This document shows positions 1 through 14,262 of a stretch of 64,000 bases of DNA, piece after piece. Made by a program: the position numbers and the translations under genes. Below the pieces are notes generated by a model that did not search any database, was not told the DNA's origin, and saw only the letters and a program-made list of their open reading frames with translations. This DNA is from Antedon mediterranea (taxonomy: Eukaryota; Animalia; Echinodermata): assembly GCF_964355755.1 (NCBI RefSeq), contig NC_092671.1, positions 10,354,001 to 10,418,000 of the forward strand, given 5' to 3'. Numbering within the stretch: the first letter of the stretch is position 1; the number at the start of each line of letters is the position of its first letter.

Positions 1-555
1 ACATAAAGGTCAATAAATATGCTTCACATGTTCACATAAAGGTCAATAAATATGCTACACTTCACATGTTCACATAAAGGTCAATAAAATACTTCACATG
101 TTTACATAAAGGTCAACAAAATAGTACACTTCACATTTCCACATAAAGGTCAATAAAATAGTACACTTCACATTTCCGCATAAAGGTCAATAAATTAGTA
201 CACTTCACATTTCCACATAAAGGTCAATAAAAAATTACACTTCACATTTCCACATAAAGGTCAATAAAATATGCTACACTTCACATTTCCACATAAAGGT
301 CAATAAAATATGCTTCACATGTTCACATAAAGGTCAATAAATATGCTACACTTCACATGTTCACATAAAGGTCAATAAAATACTTCCCCTGTTCACATAA
401 AGGTCAATAAATATGCTTCAAATGTTTACATAAAGGTCAACAAAATAGTACACTTCACATTTCCACATAAAGGTCAATAAAATAGTACACTTCACATTTC
501 CACATAAAGGTAAATAAAATATGCTTCACATATTCACATAAAGGTCAATAATATC
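1..555. repeat. Minisatellite, 31-36 bp unit (ACATAAAGGTCAATAAA(A)TATGC(TACAC)TTCACATGTTC), truncated by window start
   Basis: ACATAAAGGTCAATAAA recurs about 16 times in tandem with short and long unit variants. Confidence 0.95.
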
Positions 556-2849
556 CGGAAAGGTCATTAACATCCCCTTCACAAAATGTTTTTACCATAT
601 AAATCAACATGATTATGGTAAATGTATATAGGTTTTCGTCTATGGAGATCCTAATCCTTCATCGTAACATCTATTAAAATATGGTGCATAATAAATACGC
701 ATAATTATCATATCATTCCACATTATCAGAATATTATAACCTAGAGAAGTTAAACGTGAACACATTTTTATAGGATCGTTGATCGAAAGATTATTACATA
801 TCAATTCCATTAGGAATAAATGAACCCATGAAATCCATTGGGAAACTTCATCTTGTCAAACTATATGATTTAAATGTCAGCCAACGTAAATCAAGCTAAA
901 TTATTTAAACTAAATCAAGTTTTCAAATTAGGTCAAAGTGACAAATTAATGAATTGTATCTTTACCATACCATCAATTTAATAATTAATTCTATTTTCAA
1001 TGCTACAGTACGGGACAACCTACTGTAATTAAAAGGGGGGCACTTTTCTATGAAACGAACAAAGGCTATTAATGTACAGTATGTTTTCACACTACGGCAG
1101 ACCTCCTCGTAATAATATAACGTTAAAACGGTCCCACAACTATTCACCTAGACAAAGGGTGCGCTATAACATTTCCATGACAAAATTAATGGTTTCTACC
1201 CAAGTAATAAAGAGGGAGCACTACAGTACAGTATATAAATGTTTACAATATTTCCTATTTCTGATTGTAACCAGTGACACATCATGTGATGATTTTCATA
1301 GTATTTATTTATTAGTTATTATATAAAGGAATATGTGACATTTTTCCAATTTATTACGCATTTACAAGCACAAAACACACACAACATTGTGGTGATACAG
1401 TGTTTGGATAGAATAGCAACATTATGTCTTTCTACATTTGATATTAAAACTTGAATATTGAAATTCAGAATGACTTTACATAAGGACAATGTTATAATTG
1501 AGAAAAAGAATCCATTTAAATCAATATTTGTGAATTATTCACATTTATAATAATGATAATTACATAAAAACTGTTTAATGAACACATTAAAATATGTTTA
1601 TTGATCATTGGATGGAATATAGCAGTGTTCTCTTTGTTATAGATCTATAAATCGCTGTATAAATTAATTTAAAACCGGTGAGAGATCTGATCAAAGAAAC
1701 ATCAATGACAGTTGTGGTTAATTTACATCTAACTAATTGATGTGTCATTAATTAACATCAAACATCAGATATTGATGCAGCCAATATAGCTTCACTATTA
1801 GATATTTGATGTTATATTGATGTAGCCAAGCCTAGACCAGTAAAATTACCTGATTGCAAATAGATGTATGCTATTTATAGAACACTGTGACGTCAAACGG
1901 GATCGCTTGCTCGCCATCTTTATGAAAGGTGAATTAGCAGAGCCATTTACTTCTCTGTTCAATTTAAGTGCAATACTCAAAATCTAAAAAGAAACCTTAT
2001 GCCAACTCTATTGATAAATAAATAAATATAAAAAAACATTTTTGACGAATAATAAATTTAAAAGAGTTTGCCGTTCAAAAAATGTACATTTCAATTTCTT
2101 GGAAATACATTGAAATATAACATTTTTGAGGTCAAAGGATGTATATATTAATTAGCCAATACAATTAAAGTAATTGCACAAATATTTGCATAATGTATGT
2201 GTACCTGTACTACAATTTGACCAATCAATTTAATAATTTGAATATAGTAGTAAATTTACTATTATTAGTTTTACTCTCTAAGCTAGGACTTGTGGGAAGG
2301 GTGGAATCAAATGATAAAAAGGTATGCCTGCTAAAGCCAGTATTGTTAGTAAAATTTCATCCTTGGGCCTACCACTTCCACACACCTCTAATTTATACAT
2401 CAACAAAATTATTATACTACTACAGTATATCGCTACTCTTCAACACAATTTTATACCTACTTTATGTATATTTGACCTAGCTGAAACGTGCAGTACAATT
2501 TCTACCAATCCATTAAGATGGAAACATATACAGTAATATATTTTTGATTATTAAATATAAGTAATAAGTTTAAGTAAAATGTAACAAAATACCAGCAATT
2601 GCTTGGCGAATACGTCACAAGCCAGCCAGCCTCAGTTCAATTTGTAATTTATTTGATTTGGATAATTTTGTCAGCTGCCTTGAATAATACCATACTATTT
2701 AACATATTATTTCAAAGTTAATTTGAATGAAATATAATTGCTATATAGCAAATAAATTGAAAATAGCAATATTTAGTTAATTATTCCACATTAATTCTAC
2801 TTCAGGAATTGTGAACATTATAAACCCAACCGTTCAAATGATCCTAATA

Positions 2850-3110
2850 AATTATCCAAATAAAAATATATTTTACATTAAGAAACTGTATACATTAATA
2901 TAAAGAATTCGAAAATAGGAAATTTACACATTCAGTTGAATAGTGTAAAACGGAAAGATTTAAATAAGAGAAAAAATGTGTCTTGCTCTGAAAATTATCC
3001 AATAAAAATATATTTTCATTAAGGAACTGTATATATTAATATAAAGAATAAAAAAAAAAAAGGAAATTTAAACATCCAGTTGAAATAGTGTAAAACAGAA
3101 AGAGTAAAAT
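2850..3110. repeat. Local tandem duplication of about 140 bp
   Basis: AATTATCCAA..AAAATATATTTT..CATTAAG..AACTGTATA..GTGTAAAAC occurs at ~2850 and ~2993. Confidence 0.8.
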
Positions 3111-6100
3111 AATGCGGACTCTTATGATGCATGTGTTATCACTGGTTTAATTCTAGACAAAATTGCAAAATATACATATTACAAATTGTACTCTATTTCA
3201 ATAACCAAAGGAATTTAATTATGACTGGTTTTGACCAAAATAAAAACTTATACTGTAAATAAACAACACTATTGCAAACTATAGTAACTGCAATATTAAG
3301 TAAGGCAGCCAGATATATGCATATTATACAATGCTTGGCAAATAGGGTCCACAGCATATTAGGGAGCCTTTGATTTGAGATGACCTACAACTTATAGGAC
3401 TTATGTAAATAATAATTAGTTACGTTATTTTTTCAATCGTCATGGCCCTCAGAAAATCGACCAAATTGGATCCATCCGACAACAAAAATTGTCAAACAAA
3501 ACTCAATGTAATTGTAAGCAAATATTACCTCCATATTGTAAATGTCATATAGTAAATTTACAAAATCGAAAGCTTCCTAGTAACCTTATTTCAAAATGTA
3601 CATTTAGATCACATTTACCCTAAAATAGTCATACTATCTTTCTGTACTACTACAGTATGTTTATACTACTGAAATAATAAATTTCTGTTATATTATTATT
3701 TTAATAAAGTATAACGATAATATTAGAGATTCAACAGTGATACAGTTATATTTCTAATATCGTTGATCGAAAAATACACAATTTTATTGCCTTTATAAGG
3801 TAATTGTACTAACGCTGTCATTTGCAGAGGATAATGAATGGTTAAACCAAGGTCATAAACATCTTGCATAATGCAAATTAATATTGCATAATAATAGTTC
3901 TACACATAATGTCAATGTACGATAAAATAGCAGGTAAAAACCAACATTACGTTATCGCAGAAAATGATCTCTGGTAGTCCCTGAAGACAAGTGGAACATG
4001 TCGTGTCAAAACTGCACATATGTCGATGTACAATAAAAGAGCAGATAAAATCAACATTATGTTATATCACAGAAATGATCTCTGGTAGTCTCTCAAGACA
4101 TTCCTGATGTACATATTTTGATGTAAATATGTTTATAGAAAAGACATGATCTATCGTTGTTTGTGAAAACTACAGGTAAAAACTATAGATGTAAAGAAAT
4201 ACATTTTAATACTAACATTAAGTAATATTTGGTAACAATAAAAAAAAAAACATCATTTACCGGGAGCAGGTAAAGGCATGGGTCTAAAATAAACATTGCT
4301 TTACAAAGGACCTTGTTATTCTAAGAAATATAACATCATAGATAACATTGATAACCTAGCAAATAAAATGTAATAATATGTTTTATGCACAATATCACTA
4401 AACAGAAAATAACAGATCCAACGAGTTACAATTAGTAGGTTGACTTTATATGATTATTAGAAATTAGTAGAAAAACCAACAGAAGTGATGTAGTGGTTCA
4501 TTAAGATATCCAATAAATTATGGTTTATCTTGATTGAAATACATCTATAGTTTGAATTTCATAAACTCAAACATTGTCTTGTCATAGAGAGTTTGGGCCC
4601 TTTAGCTATTCAATCCTGTATATTATATTTTCTATGACCGAATAAATAATTATAATATTATTATGCGCAACATTTTACTTGAAATGAATATAATAAGAGA
4701 AATGTACAAAGGGTCTTGTGATTATGATTAATAGAGACAATCATTTAACAATGACAACAATGACTTAATTAATATATTCAATAAAGGATATGTCATTGAT
4801 TTCATCCGTATATTTCATTAAAAAATGATCATCATGTTAATAAAATGCGAGATTGTGTAGAAACAGTAAATCATGTATATACATAGTATAATAGCAATCA
4901 ATGCAGAATAGGTGGTTCACAAAGGTCAAAGGTCAATGGATTGTCTTAAATTACATATAGCCGAATCTTAGTTATAGATTATTTTTCACGAATATTTACT
5001 TTATTGATTAAGTAGTAAAAATCAACATTGAAAAGTGGTTTAAAATAAAATCTCATGGGTATATACAGGACTTATCGAAGTATATGTCGGAAGATGGTCA
5101 AAATGGCATCATGATAAAATCGGGTTAGTAAAAAAAAATATTAGACAAAATTAACTGGGTTGTGGGACAACGTGATTGGATGCTGTACTATATTAAGATG
5201 AAGCCAAGAGATGTAATATTATTTTAAGATCACTGAGCACTAGGCCACTATTTTATTGCAACATTGACATGCACTCTCTATAAAAAGACTATCCAGGATA
5301 GTTCAAATGGGAGGACGCTATTAAACATTTAATATTAATAGAAAAATAATGTCAAAAATTATTTTAGTTTAGATGTTACATGACTCAAACACAACCCCCT
5401 GGAGATTTTGCCTCTGGGAATAATAATATTAAGAAATAATATCACAAATAGACATATTCCACACATTAATATGGAAAGATTATTGTAACATAACATAACC
5501 ACATCATGATTTCTTCATACCACAATATTCACTTTTTTTTGTAATCATATTTTCTATAAAAAAAAACCCTTTTCTTTAGGATAGAAATAATGAATCTTTC
5601 AAAATTGTGACATGCATGAATAGTGAGATGAGTGAGAGTATCAATTGAACTACAAATTAACTATTATAGAATATAATCTTTCTTGTCAATCAAAATACAG
5701 AGATAAAAACTATATATAGCACAATAAGAAAACTACAAAAATAAATGCCACATTATGATTGTGATTAAGCTTTAATAATCAAACTTTATTTAACCACAGA
5801 AACACTACTAGTTCACCTAGTAAATTAAATGTTTTTTTCATGTACATTTATTAGTTTATTTTAACTATTGCAAAAATTACAATTTAACTTATCATTGCAA
5901 ATGTTGTGTAAATGTCTAATTAATTGTCAGCAATATTAGGATTCTGTAATTGTACACTTCTCTATTCCAATCTATCAATCTGTCTAATCATGGAAATGGC
6001 ATCCCGTAATAGGGTGGCAAAATGTTTGGCAAGACTCATAGTAAGCCTACTGTGTGTCGTTGTCAAGTGAATGCACATAAATGCAATACCTTCATATCTC

Positions 6101-7165
6101 CAGCTGACTATACTTTTGATTACCACTGATAATGTTTTTGTTTTTTTAAGGTGCAATTATCGTCCAAGTGATTGGAAACAAAAATTAAGTTAATTAGTTA
6201 CATAATTATTATTATATTAAAATTATGACCATCTTTTATTTGAATGATTGCAACAAAATATATTTTAAATTCAGTAATTATGGAAAAATTAAAAATTTAA
6301 ATGACCTGAAAATAATACACTGTGGAACCAGCCTATTTAGCATAAAATGAAAAGATGGTTTATTTATTTATTTTACTTATTTATTTAAAATGTACAAAAT
6401 GAAAGCACACCACTAAAATGTTTGCATTACAATAAAAATAATAATAATTAAAAGTCTATAAAAATTGAATTGGTTAATATTTGGGGAAAAAATAATAATA
6501 ATTCATTCACAATCACTTTTACTGGATAAATATTTAATATTTATCTTAAATATAGGAATATGCCCTACATTATAATATATTTATTTATCTTAATAAATAA
6601 TGTGTAAATAAAATACTTCATATAGAATTATTGACTATTATAGTTTTAATCAAAAAAATAATACGAAAAAGACAATTAAATTATATAATTTACAGAAATT
6701 CAGAACTTTAAATTTGAAAGATCAAGAAATAATTTGATTTTTATATAAAGCAGTATTTGATGATTTTTCTCCTTTCTATAATGATTAGATATGGCACCCT
6801 GTCATCATTTCTAATGCGAATGGTCTGATCAAATTAGAAGTTTTCTAATTTCTCCAGATCCCTTAAGCAATATGCTAAAGATGAGAACGTAATACCCAGT
6901 AGTCAATTAGACTACCTTACCTATGAGATAATATTCTCCCCAAAATCACGCCTGCCTGGATAGTATTCTTTTACTTATTAATTTAACACCTAACAAGAAA
7001 CTCCCCAATTATGCAATGCTTGAAAAAAGTAATATAACATAGTAAAATACAGTGTAATTCATTCAGTTCAATTTTGTTGGTGTTTTTAAAGTTACTTCTT
7101 CGTTCTACGTTATGGCTACTAAACATCAAGAAAGATCTTGAACAGAGTAATGAATCAGAGATTTA

Positions 7166-7484
7166 AGGTATGTTCTCATCCATGTAGTTATGATTTCGTA
7201 TCGCAAGCCATGTCATACTATAATTAGCGTCGTAACAGCAAAGTGTTCAGATTTGCTTAACTAACGCTTACGTTTCGAGTAAAGTTGATTGGTTAGAGGT
7301 CAAAATCGATGATGCATGACCTTCGTATCATAAGCATTGTTCACTAATCTTGTACCTTGAGCTGTCGTAACAAACGAAATATCAGTGTCGTACAGTACAA
7401 GGTGGCATCCACTAATCTTTTCCTGGTTCAGACCTATGCAGTGTACGATACGAAAGCATAACTCCGTAGGTCTGAACAGACCCT
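7166..7484. mobile_element. Degenerate MITE, PIF/Harbinger-like
   Basis: Left AGGTATGTTCTCATCCATGTAGTTATGATTTCGTATCG resembles the reverse complement of right CGATACGAAAGCATAACTCCGTAGGTCTGAACAGACCCT; TTA/TAA flanks. Confidence 0.7.
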
Positions 7485-8781
7485 TAATGAAAAGTCAGTC
7501 AAACATTACCAAATACATTCACTTCCCTCACCTCCTTTACTTTTACTGAAAAATCCAGGACACATCCAATGGGAAAACACCAGCGAAAACCTGACATAAG
7601 AACAATTGGTGGCACTAGATAACACTAAGACACGATGAGTGATGCTAGGTGAGCATGCCAGTAGTGTTACAGTAATAGCCGAAACGTAGCACAAAAAAAT
7701 AGATCTACTCGTTCAAAAGAAAAAACCAACATAAAATCATTAAAAAAAAATATATATTATTAATATAAATAAAAATATCAATCACTTTCTAATGAAATAG
7801 GTGCAACAAGTTTTAAGAGTGTAAACTGGGATAGCTTACAATGTCACAACTAGAATAGTATTACCATTTTACCATCAGTTTTACCAGGCAACATATATGC
7901 TATTAAAAATTATATTAAATTTATACATATCAACATGCTTTAAAGCAAGGGAACAGCACTTGGTTGAAAATAAATGGATTTTCTACGAAATCTGTAATTG
8001 AAAGTAAATGAAGGGAAACAAAATGATAGATAATTATTAAAGGCAACATGATGTTGAAATTGCATCAAGAAAAATGAAGAATAACTTAAGACTAAATAAC
8101 AAATCAGTATACATCTTGCGTTAACATTATTGATGGCTTAGCTGTGTTCCCAGCTGAGAATAACTAAGTCCCCAGCTCTTTGATAACAAAACTAAATTAT
8201 CAAGTTACCCTAGAGTCTAGTCATTACAAATCAAACATTACAAACCTATCTATTCATTTCATAATAAGGTGTTGTAAATACATAGATTACTGAATTCCCT
8301 CGATAGTTATAGCGCCCCCACTCATAACGTTGAATACTACCTATCAAGATCAAGCCAAATGTATTCAGTGAGTTGAGCCAGAACATCTTTATTACATTTT
8401 AATGATTTTATCAGGTAAAGCTATGAATAATTTGTATCATTATAAATAACTTGACAATTTGAGACAAATGTATCTTGCTTGACACCTTACCTTCACTATA
8501 AAACCTTCCATTTATTTTCCTAATTTGAATAAAGCAGAAATACTAGTCTATAATTACATGATCAACATTTTTCCAAGGTATGTAATCAAAATGTCTAATT
8601 ATAAAATCATTTAAAATCCTTATTCTGATTATAATTTATAATTGTATGAAACGTTGTTGAAATATACTGTATGTATGTTTTGGTCATTTTATAATAAACA
8701 ATACACAATATGTTATGATTTTATATATATATGTAAATTAAAATATAATGAGACAAAATCAAACTATTGTGACAAATGTAA

Positions 8782-8948
8782 AGCTATGTCTACACACTAT
8801 CAAACTAGTTTGACAAAACAAGTGTGATGTACCCAAATATGGTAGTGATGTACCCAAATATGGTAGTGATATGCCCAAATATAGTAGTGATATGACATCA
8901 TCATGTCCATATATGGGCACATCACATTTTGATAGTGTAGACAAAGCT
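8782..8948. mobile_element. Short MITE family A, copy 1
   Basis: Family TIR AGCTYTGTCTACACTATCAAA...TTTGATAGTGTAGACAAAGCT (left end of this copy slightly diverged); internal 21-bp GTGATGTACCCAAATATGGTA repeats; six copies in window. Confidence 0.9.
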
Positions 8949-9209
8949 TAACAGTACGGCACTGTTTAAGAGTGTGCAGCGAGAAAGGGACTAAAACGAA
9001 AGCATTTTGTAACTTAAAAATGCAAAGAAAAAGAAAGAAAAATTATTGATACTACTAAAATACCTTTCCCAAAACAGTTTTAACAATTCAGTAACGGCTA
9101 ATTTTATTAATTTAGTCGTAGTCTTCAAATATTATCACTTTTTCCAATTGGTTGGGGTGGGGTTATTATCAGTGTTGTTGCTAAATTTTAATTTTATGAT
9201 AAAGCAATA

Positions 9210-9576
9210 GAAATGTTAAACTCATAAGATTTGACTAAGGTCAATAAGTCTAATTTTGTTAAATTGATGCTACATTGTATGAAATGTTAAACCCACAAGA
9301 TTTGACTAAGGTCAATAAGTCTAATTTTGTTAAATTGATGCTACATTGTATGAAATGTTAAACCCACAAGATTTGACTAAGGTCAATAAGTCTAATTTTG
9401 TTAAATTGATGCTACATTATATGAAATGTTAAACTCATAAGATTTGACTAAGGTCAATAAGTCTAATTTTGTTAAATTGATGCTACATTATATGAAATGT
9501 TAAACCCACAAGATTTGACTAAGGTCAATAAGTCTAATTTTGTTAAATTGATGCTACATTATATGAAATGTTAAAA
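9210..9576. repeat. Tandem repeat, 71-bp unit, about 5.2 copies
   Basis: GAAATGTTAAAC(T/C)CA(T/C)AAGATTTGACTAAGGTCAATAAG.. at 9210, 9281, 9352, 9423, 9494, partial 9565. Confidence 0.97.
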
Positions 9577-11143
9577 CACAGAGCTACTTAGATTAGGTTA
9601 CAGCCTAATTGCTAATCAATTTTACATATAGTTTTATTATATAGATATAAAATTGTATCATTCTGGTTTAAAAGTCAGCGAGATCATTATTTAAACCACA
9701 AGTAATTTAGATTTACAATCAGTATATTAATATATTTCACAATGAAAAAAAATGAAATGATATTATCACATTTTATTTTCTCATCAAAATCCATGTATAG
9801 TCATAATGGATTACATATTTATGCTAACAATCTACAGTTTCACATGCACACCTACAGAGCCAACCTCATCAACATTCAACCCTATGACCTTATTTTAAGG
9901 CTTTAATCCCTATTGCACTATCTTAAATACGATGTCTAAATGGTCGTGAAAAACGCTGGCAATGTTCAAAACGCTGGCTGTGCTGTGGCGAATACCCTGC
10001 TTTCAATATGTTAAATTGGATTCAGGAGCAATGTGTGTCAGTGTAAACAGCTGCTAAAGAAGCTTATGAATATTCATTAACACTACCTGTAAGCTAGATT
10101 GCTTGCTTGTATCCTTTATACACTACTGTACACTTTGTACACAATCTTACAGACAAAATAATACGCCCGGTTTTATGGCGTTGTTCATTCCTCTGTTTGC
10201 ATTTAATCCATAATGAAACATGATATCTTTGTTTACTATTCTGGCTATACAACACAGCTTACAGAGAAATACAGTAGTTAATTAAATGTTCTTAATGATG
10301 TACATGAACAAATAGTAATAAGAGTATGTTTGTTAACCATGTTGTAATGAAATCCACAATCAATCAATCTGGAATTTATAGACCGATACAAGTTTTTTTT
10401 GTATGACAATGATAATACTACAAAATACAATGTGAATTATGGATAATTATACTATTAATATATTAATGATGTACTGTACAAAGAAAAGGATGATCCTGAC
10501 ATATTCTTTGTTGTACAATTGTAATTTAAGAGTTTAAAACTCTTCAATTCCTATCATTACTGATATCATTAATATAGCTAAACTATGTATAATTTGAATA
10601 TGGAGTATTTTAATGATTGAGTAATTCAATGCTGATCTATGAAAAGATTATTTGTTGAAATTTGAATTTCTAAAAGTAAACCATTAATATATTATCTATA
10701 ATTATTAAAGACAAATATTATAATTAGTTTGTAGCTTGTAATAAAAGATGCAAATTCAATAAATAGTAAAATAATAATATAAAAAAATAATTATAAAATA
10801 AAATAAAATAATGAATACAGAATGATAATAAAATAATTCTTGATTAATAAAACAGTTTTGTAACAATCAGATCTGTTATTTTAGAGCATAGATTACATTG
10901 TACAGTACATGTTATTTTGCACCCCTCCCCTTCTATCCCAACAACATTTAAAGTGTAATTATTGATTCCTAAACATTGAAATATGCAGCTCATTTATTAT
11001 TAAAAGCTTGTTAAGTTAGAGAAGAATTGGTAGTTGAATGCTTTAGTATACCTCATCAGCTTTATTGAATTCGAGGATAAGATACGTACATATGAATAAA
11101 CATCCTTGGAATAAATAATCTTATGTCACTACCCTAGTATTAA

Positions 11144-11753
11144 AGACCCATTCCCTACAATTTGTGACGTTTTGTAAAAAATGAATGCATATATATTACT
11201 TTAAAAAGATTAAACCAGGTCATTCCTTGTCTTAAATGTACGTTTTATGATAAATTATAAAAATGCACTACCTACTGTATAGTAGCTCGCGGTGAATGTC
11301 CTCTCGTGAACGATCTTTATGCCTAGCCTATCTAAACTTAGTTTTGTAGGCCTACTGTAGCTGGTAAACATTGAAAACCTACGATCATCGTACGCTATCT
11401 ATAGGCCTAGCCCGACGTTGTATAGTTGATGCATTAATTGTCTTTCTGCTTTTGACCAACTTCGTTGATACAAATTGGAGGAAACCTGGTATTTTCGCTG
11501 AAAAGTCAGGAGTTTTCCATTTGTTTTGGCCTTACGATCGAAAAGTGGGTGATTTGCAGAAGAAAAAAAAAATATCAATTCGCGCGCATGTTGGGATTTA
11601 TATCGGGCTGCTAAAATTATTAGAATCAACTTATTTTTCACATTTTTAACCGTTTAAAGACAAGAAAAGTTATCTCAATAGGATTGCATAGTATTTTTTT
11701 TACATTAAATGTAATTTTTGACCTTAAATTTGACATAACAAATGTAGGGAGTG
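11144..11753. mobile_element. Non-autonomous DNA transposon, Kolobok-like, right end eroded
   Basis: TTAA|AGACCCATTCCCTACAATTTGT on left; inverted ACAAATGTAGGGAGTG on right; CpG-richer interior. Confidence 0.55.
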
Positions 11754-13859
11754 ATTTACCAATAATAAGCATCAGCTACCCACAAAACAAGTGCAACTGT
11801 TGCATACATGGCACTCTTTCATGGTTTATCAAAAGAAAAAACAAACATAAAATCATTTAAAATCATTCTTAAAACAAATGATAATAAATGATACTTGACT
11901 TGACTTGACAAAATATACGTTATATGAATGTAAACTGGGATACTGATCAACATTGATGCTTTAAAGCAAGGGAACAACACCTGGATGAAAATAAATGGAT
12001 TTTCTACGAAATCTGTAATTGAAAATAAATGAAGGGAAACAAAATGATAATTATTAATGTGTGACTGTCGTACATGGCATGTAATATTGTGTTGGACAGA
12101 GGAGTATTCCTCTCAGGCTAACGCTTACTTTTAAGACCTTCCACCCAGTCTAATTTCAACATAGCATCCACCCAAGAAACATCTGGTATACTGTACCCTT
12201 ACTATTTGACATCCATCCCTACTTCTCTAGCTACAAACCTTGGACACAAGTTCAACAACTATCGGTATAGAATATAAAAACAGGACTGTAAAAAATGTAG
12301 TATGTCAGTATTTATCAGCGTTATTGAAATACAGTTCCTGTATCATATTGAAGACGTTTGAATGTTTCAACTTAAATCCCCCAGGATAATACAAAAAAAA
12401 ATACAAACTACACTTTGATATGAAACTTCATATTTTAAAGAGAATATGATACCTTCACCTATCAATAATTCAATGAAGTCTTACTTTTAATAAAAAACTT
12501 CATTAATATACTTCAAATGTTGAAAATGAAAAAATATCACGGCCTACTTTATTATTTGCCTGATAATTTCAACTTCCTTTCGCAATATTGGATATCCAGG
12601 TATTAATTTGTGAACCTAGTATATTCACTGCAACTGAAATGGTATTGCCGTGTTATGTTCATCGTAAGAGACTTGTGTAGACAGGCCTAAAATGTGTTCT
12701 GAAATAACATCACCATTACTTTACGTTAGACAAATATTTAAAAGTGCACCAAGACTATCCTACAAAACAAAGTTAATAGCTCACTGTCTGTGAGTTTGAT
12801 ACGATTATGTCAAGTAAAATACACAAGTATAGATTGATAAGCTGAATCTCACACAGAGGCCTATACACATTGTACGTCATGCCAAATCTCATGCACTATA
12901 TCATGTGCGCCTCGCATAAGTGTTCTCACGCAATGTGTTTTCTCACGCATCTTTTACATTTCTACAAACACTAAACCTATAAATTGAATATTAAATTTTT
13001 GGTTTTATAATGAATTGTTGAAAAAACATACAGTAGTTTTTGTTGTCAACAAGTCTTAGAAACATACCACAAAGTTTATGTATGTTTTGTCCACATTCTG
13101 GCTAGGCTATGACCAAACAATAGAGGATGCTATAAAATACTAAATAAATTGGATAGAGAGAGCTATTTTTTTTAATTCTTGCATCAGCTTTTGGACGTAT
13201 AGAAATATAAGTTATAATCCTAAGCTTTTTATAAGAATGTTACCGTATTTGAAAAGTCATAAATGCTACCTGAAATGAGAAAATTGTTTATATTTATAAA
13301 CCTCCCAAGTAAAATAATTGCATGCATGCTATGTAGATATCAGTTTTCAGACAAAAGGATTGAAATAAAGTAAATTAAATTCACAAATTATGAGTCAGAA
13401 ATGGACTGGTGAAAATTAAGATGGACATGCAATAAAACATTAACGAATCGTAAAAGTGGATTGGTCAAATTACTTTTCGCTTGAGATCATAGCATTAGTA
13501 TCCGTTTAAATAATATTTTAATTGAATCTAATTAATTATTCAGAATCGTCAGAATTATAGACACATGATAGTCACCTGTTTCAACACCTAAGTACATGTT
13601 ATTGTTTTTACCCAACATCAATAATATCATAATTGAATTTAACTTGCCATGCCTCAATTTATAAAATTAGTAAGAAAGGTTGTTCAGTGTTATTTGTATC
13701 AACTACCGTCCGTAAATCAACGAATTATGTTCGTCACTTCTAAGAAATGATCTACCAAGGGTTAGTGCATCTCAAAAAGTAAACAAAAATAACAATGACA
13801 ATGATCTACATGTTTAAAATAGGAGAACATTTAAATTTGAACATTATCTACCATTATTA

Positions 13860-14262
13860 TTTCTAAATTTTATCTGGTCACTAAATACTTTTAAACTATT
13901 ATTTTCATAAAAAATTAAAATTTTAATATTCTTTTTGAGCATTATATATTACACTAGTTTTAATACTATGGTTTTAAAAACTACAGTACTTGATTAGATC
14001 CAATATGGTAGCCAAAATGGTGTTTGGGGCAGGTATTATTGTTGCTTTAACACAATGCTATTCCAAGTATATTACAAAATGAAAGTACTGTACTGTATGT
14101 AAATAATCGTTATCTTGTTTGATGTTTCTAAATTTCATCTGGTCAATAAATACTTTTAAACTATTATTTTCATAAAAAAATTAAAATTTTAATATTCTTT
14201 TTGAGCATTATATATTACACTAGTTTTATGATACTAAATGGTTTTAAAAACTAAAGTACTTG
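13860..14262. repeat. Direct duplication of about 130 bp (13860-13992 / 14125-14262)
   Basis: TTTCTAAATTT.ATCTGGTCA.TAAATACTTTTAAACTATTATTTTCATAAAAAA..GAGCATTATATATTACACTAGTTTTA occurs twice. Confidence 0.9.

Noticed and set aside
5962-6156. 64-aa minus-strand ORF as a terminal coding exon (likewise ~2280-2388)
   Set aside because: No good acceptor or linked upstream exon and no recognisable domain
6695-6835. C/D box snoRNA candidates on either strand
   Set aside because: Boxes occur by chance in AT-rich DNA; no convincing rRNA antisense guide or C'/D' boxes
7510-7590. VFAGVFPLDVS resembling a LepA/GUF1 segment
   Set aside because: Stop codon follows within five codons and no other GUF1 exons are found
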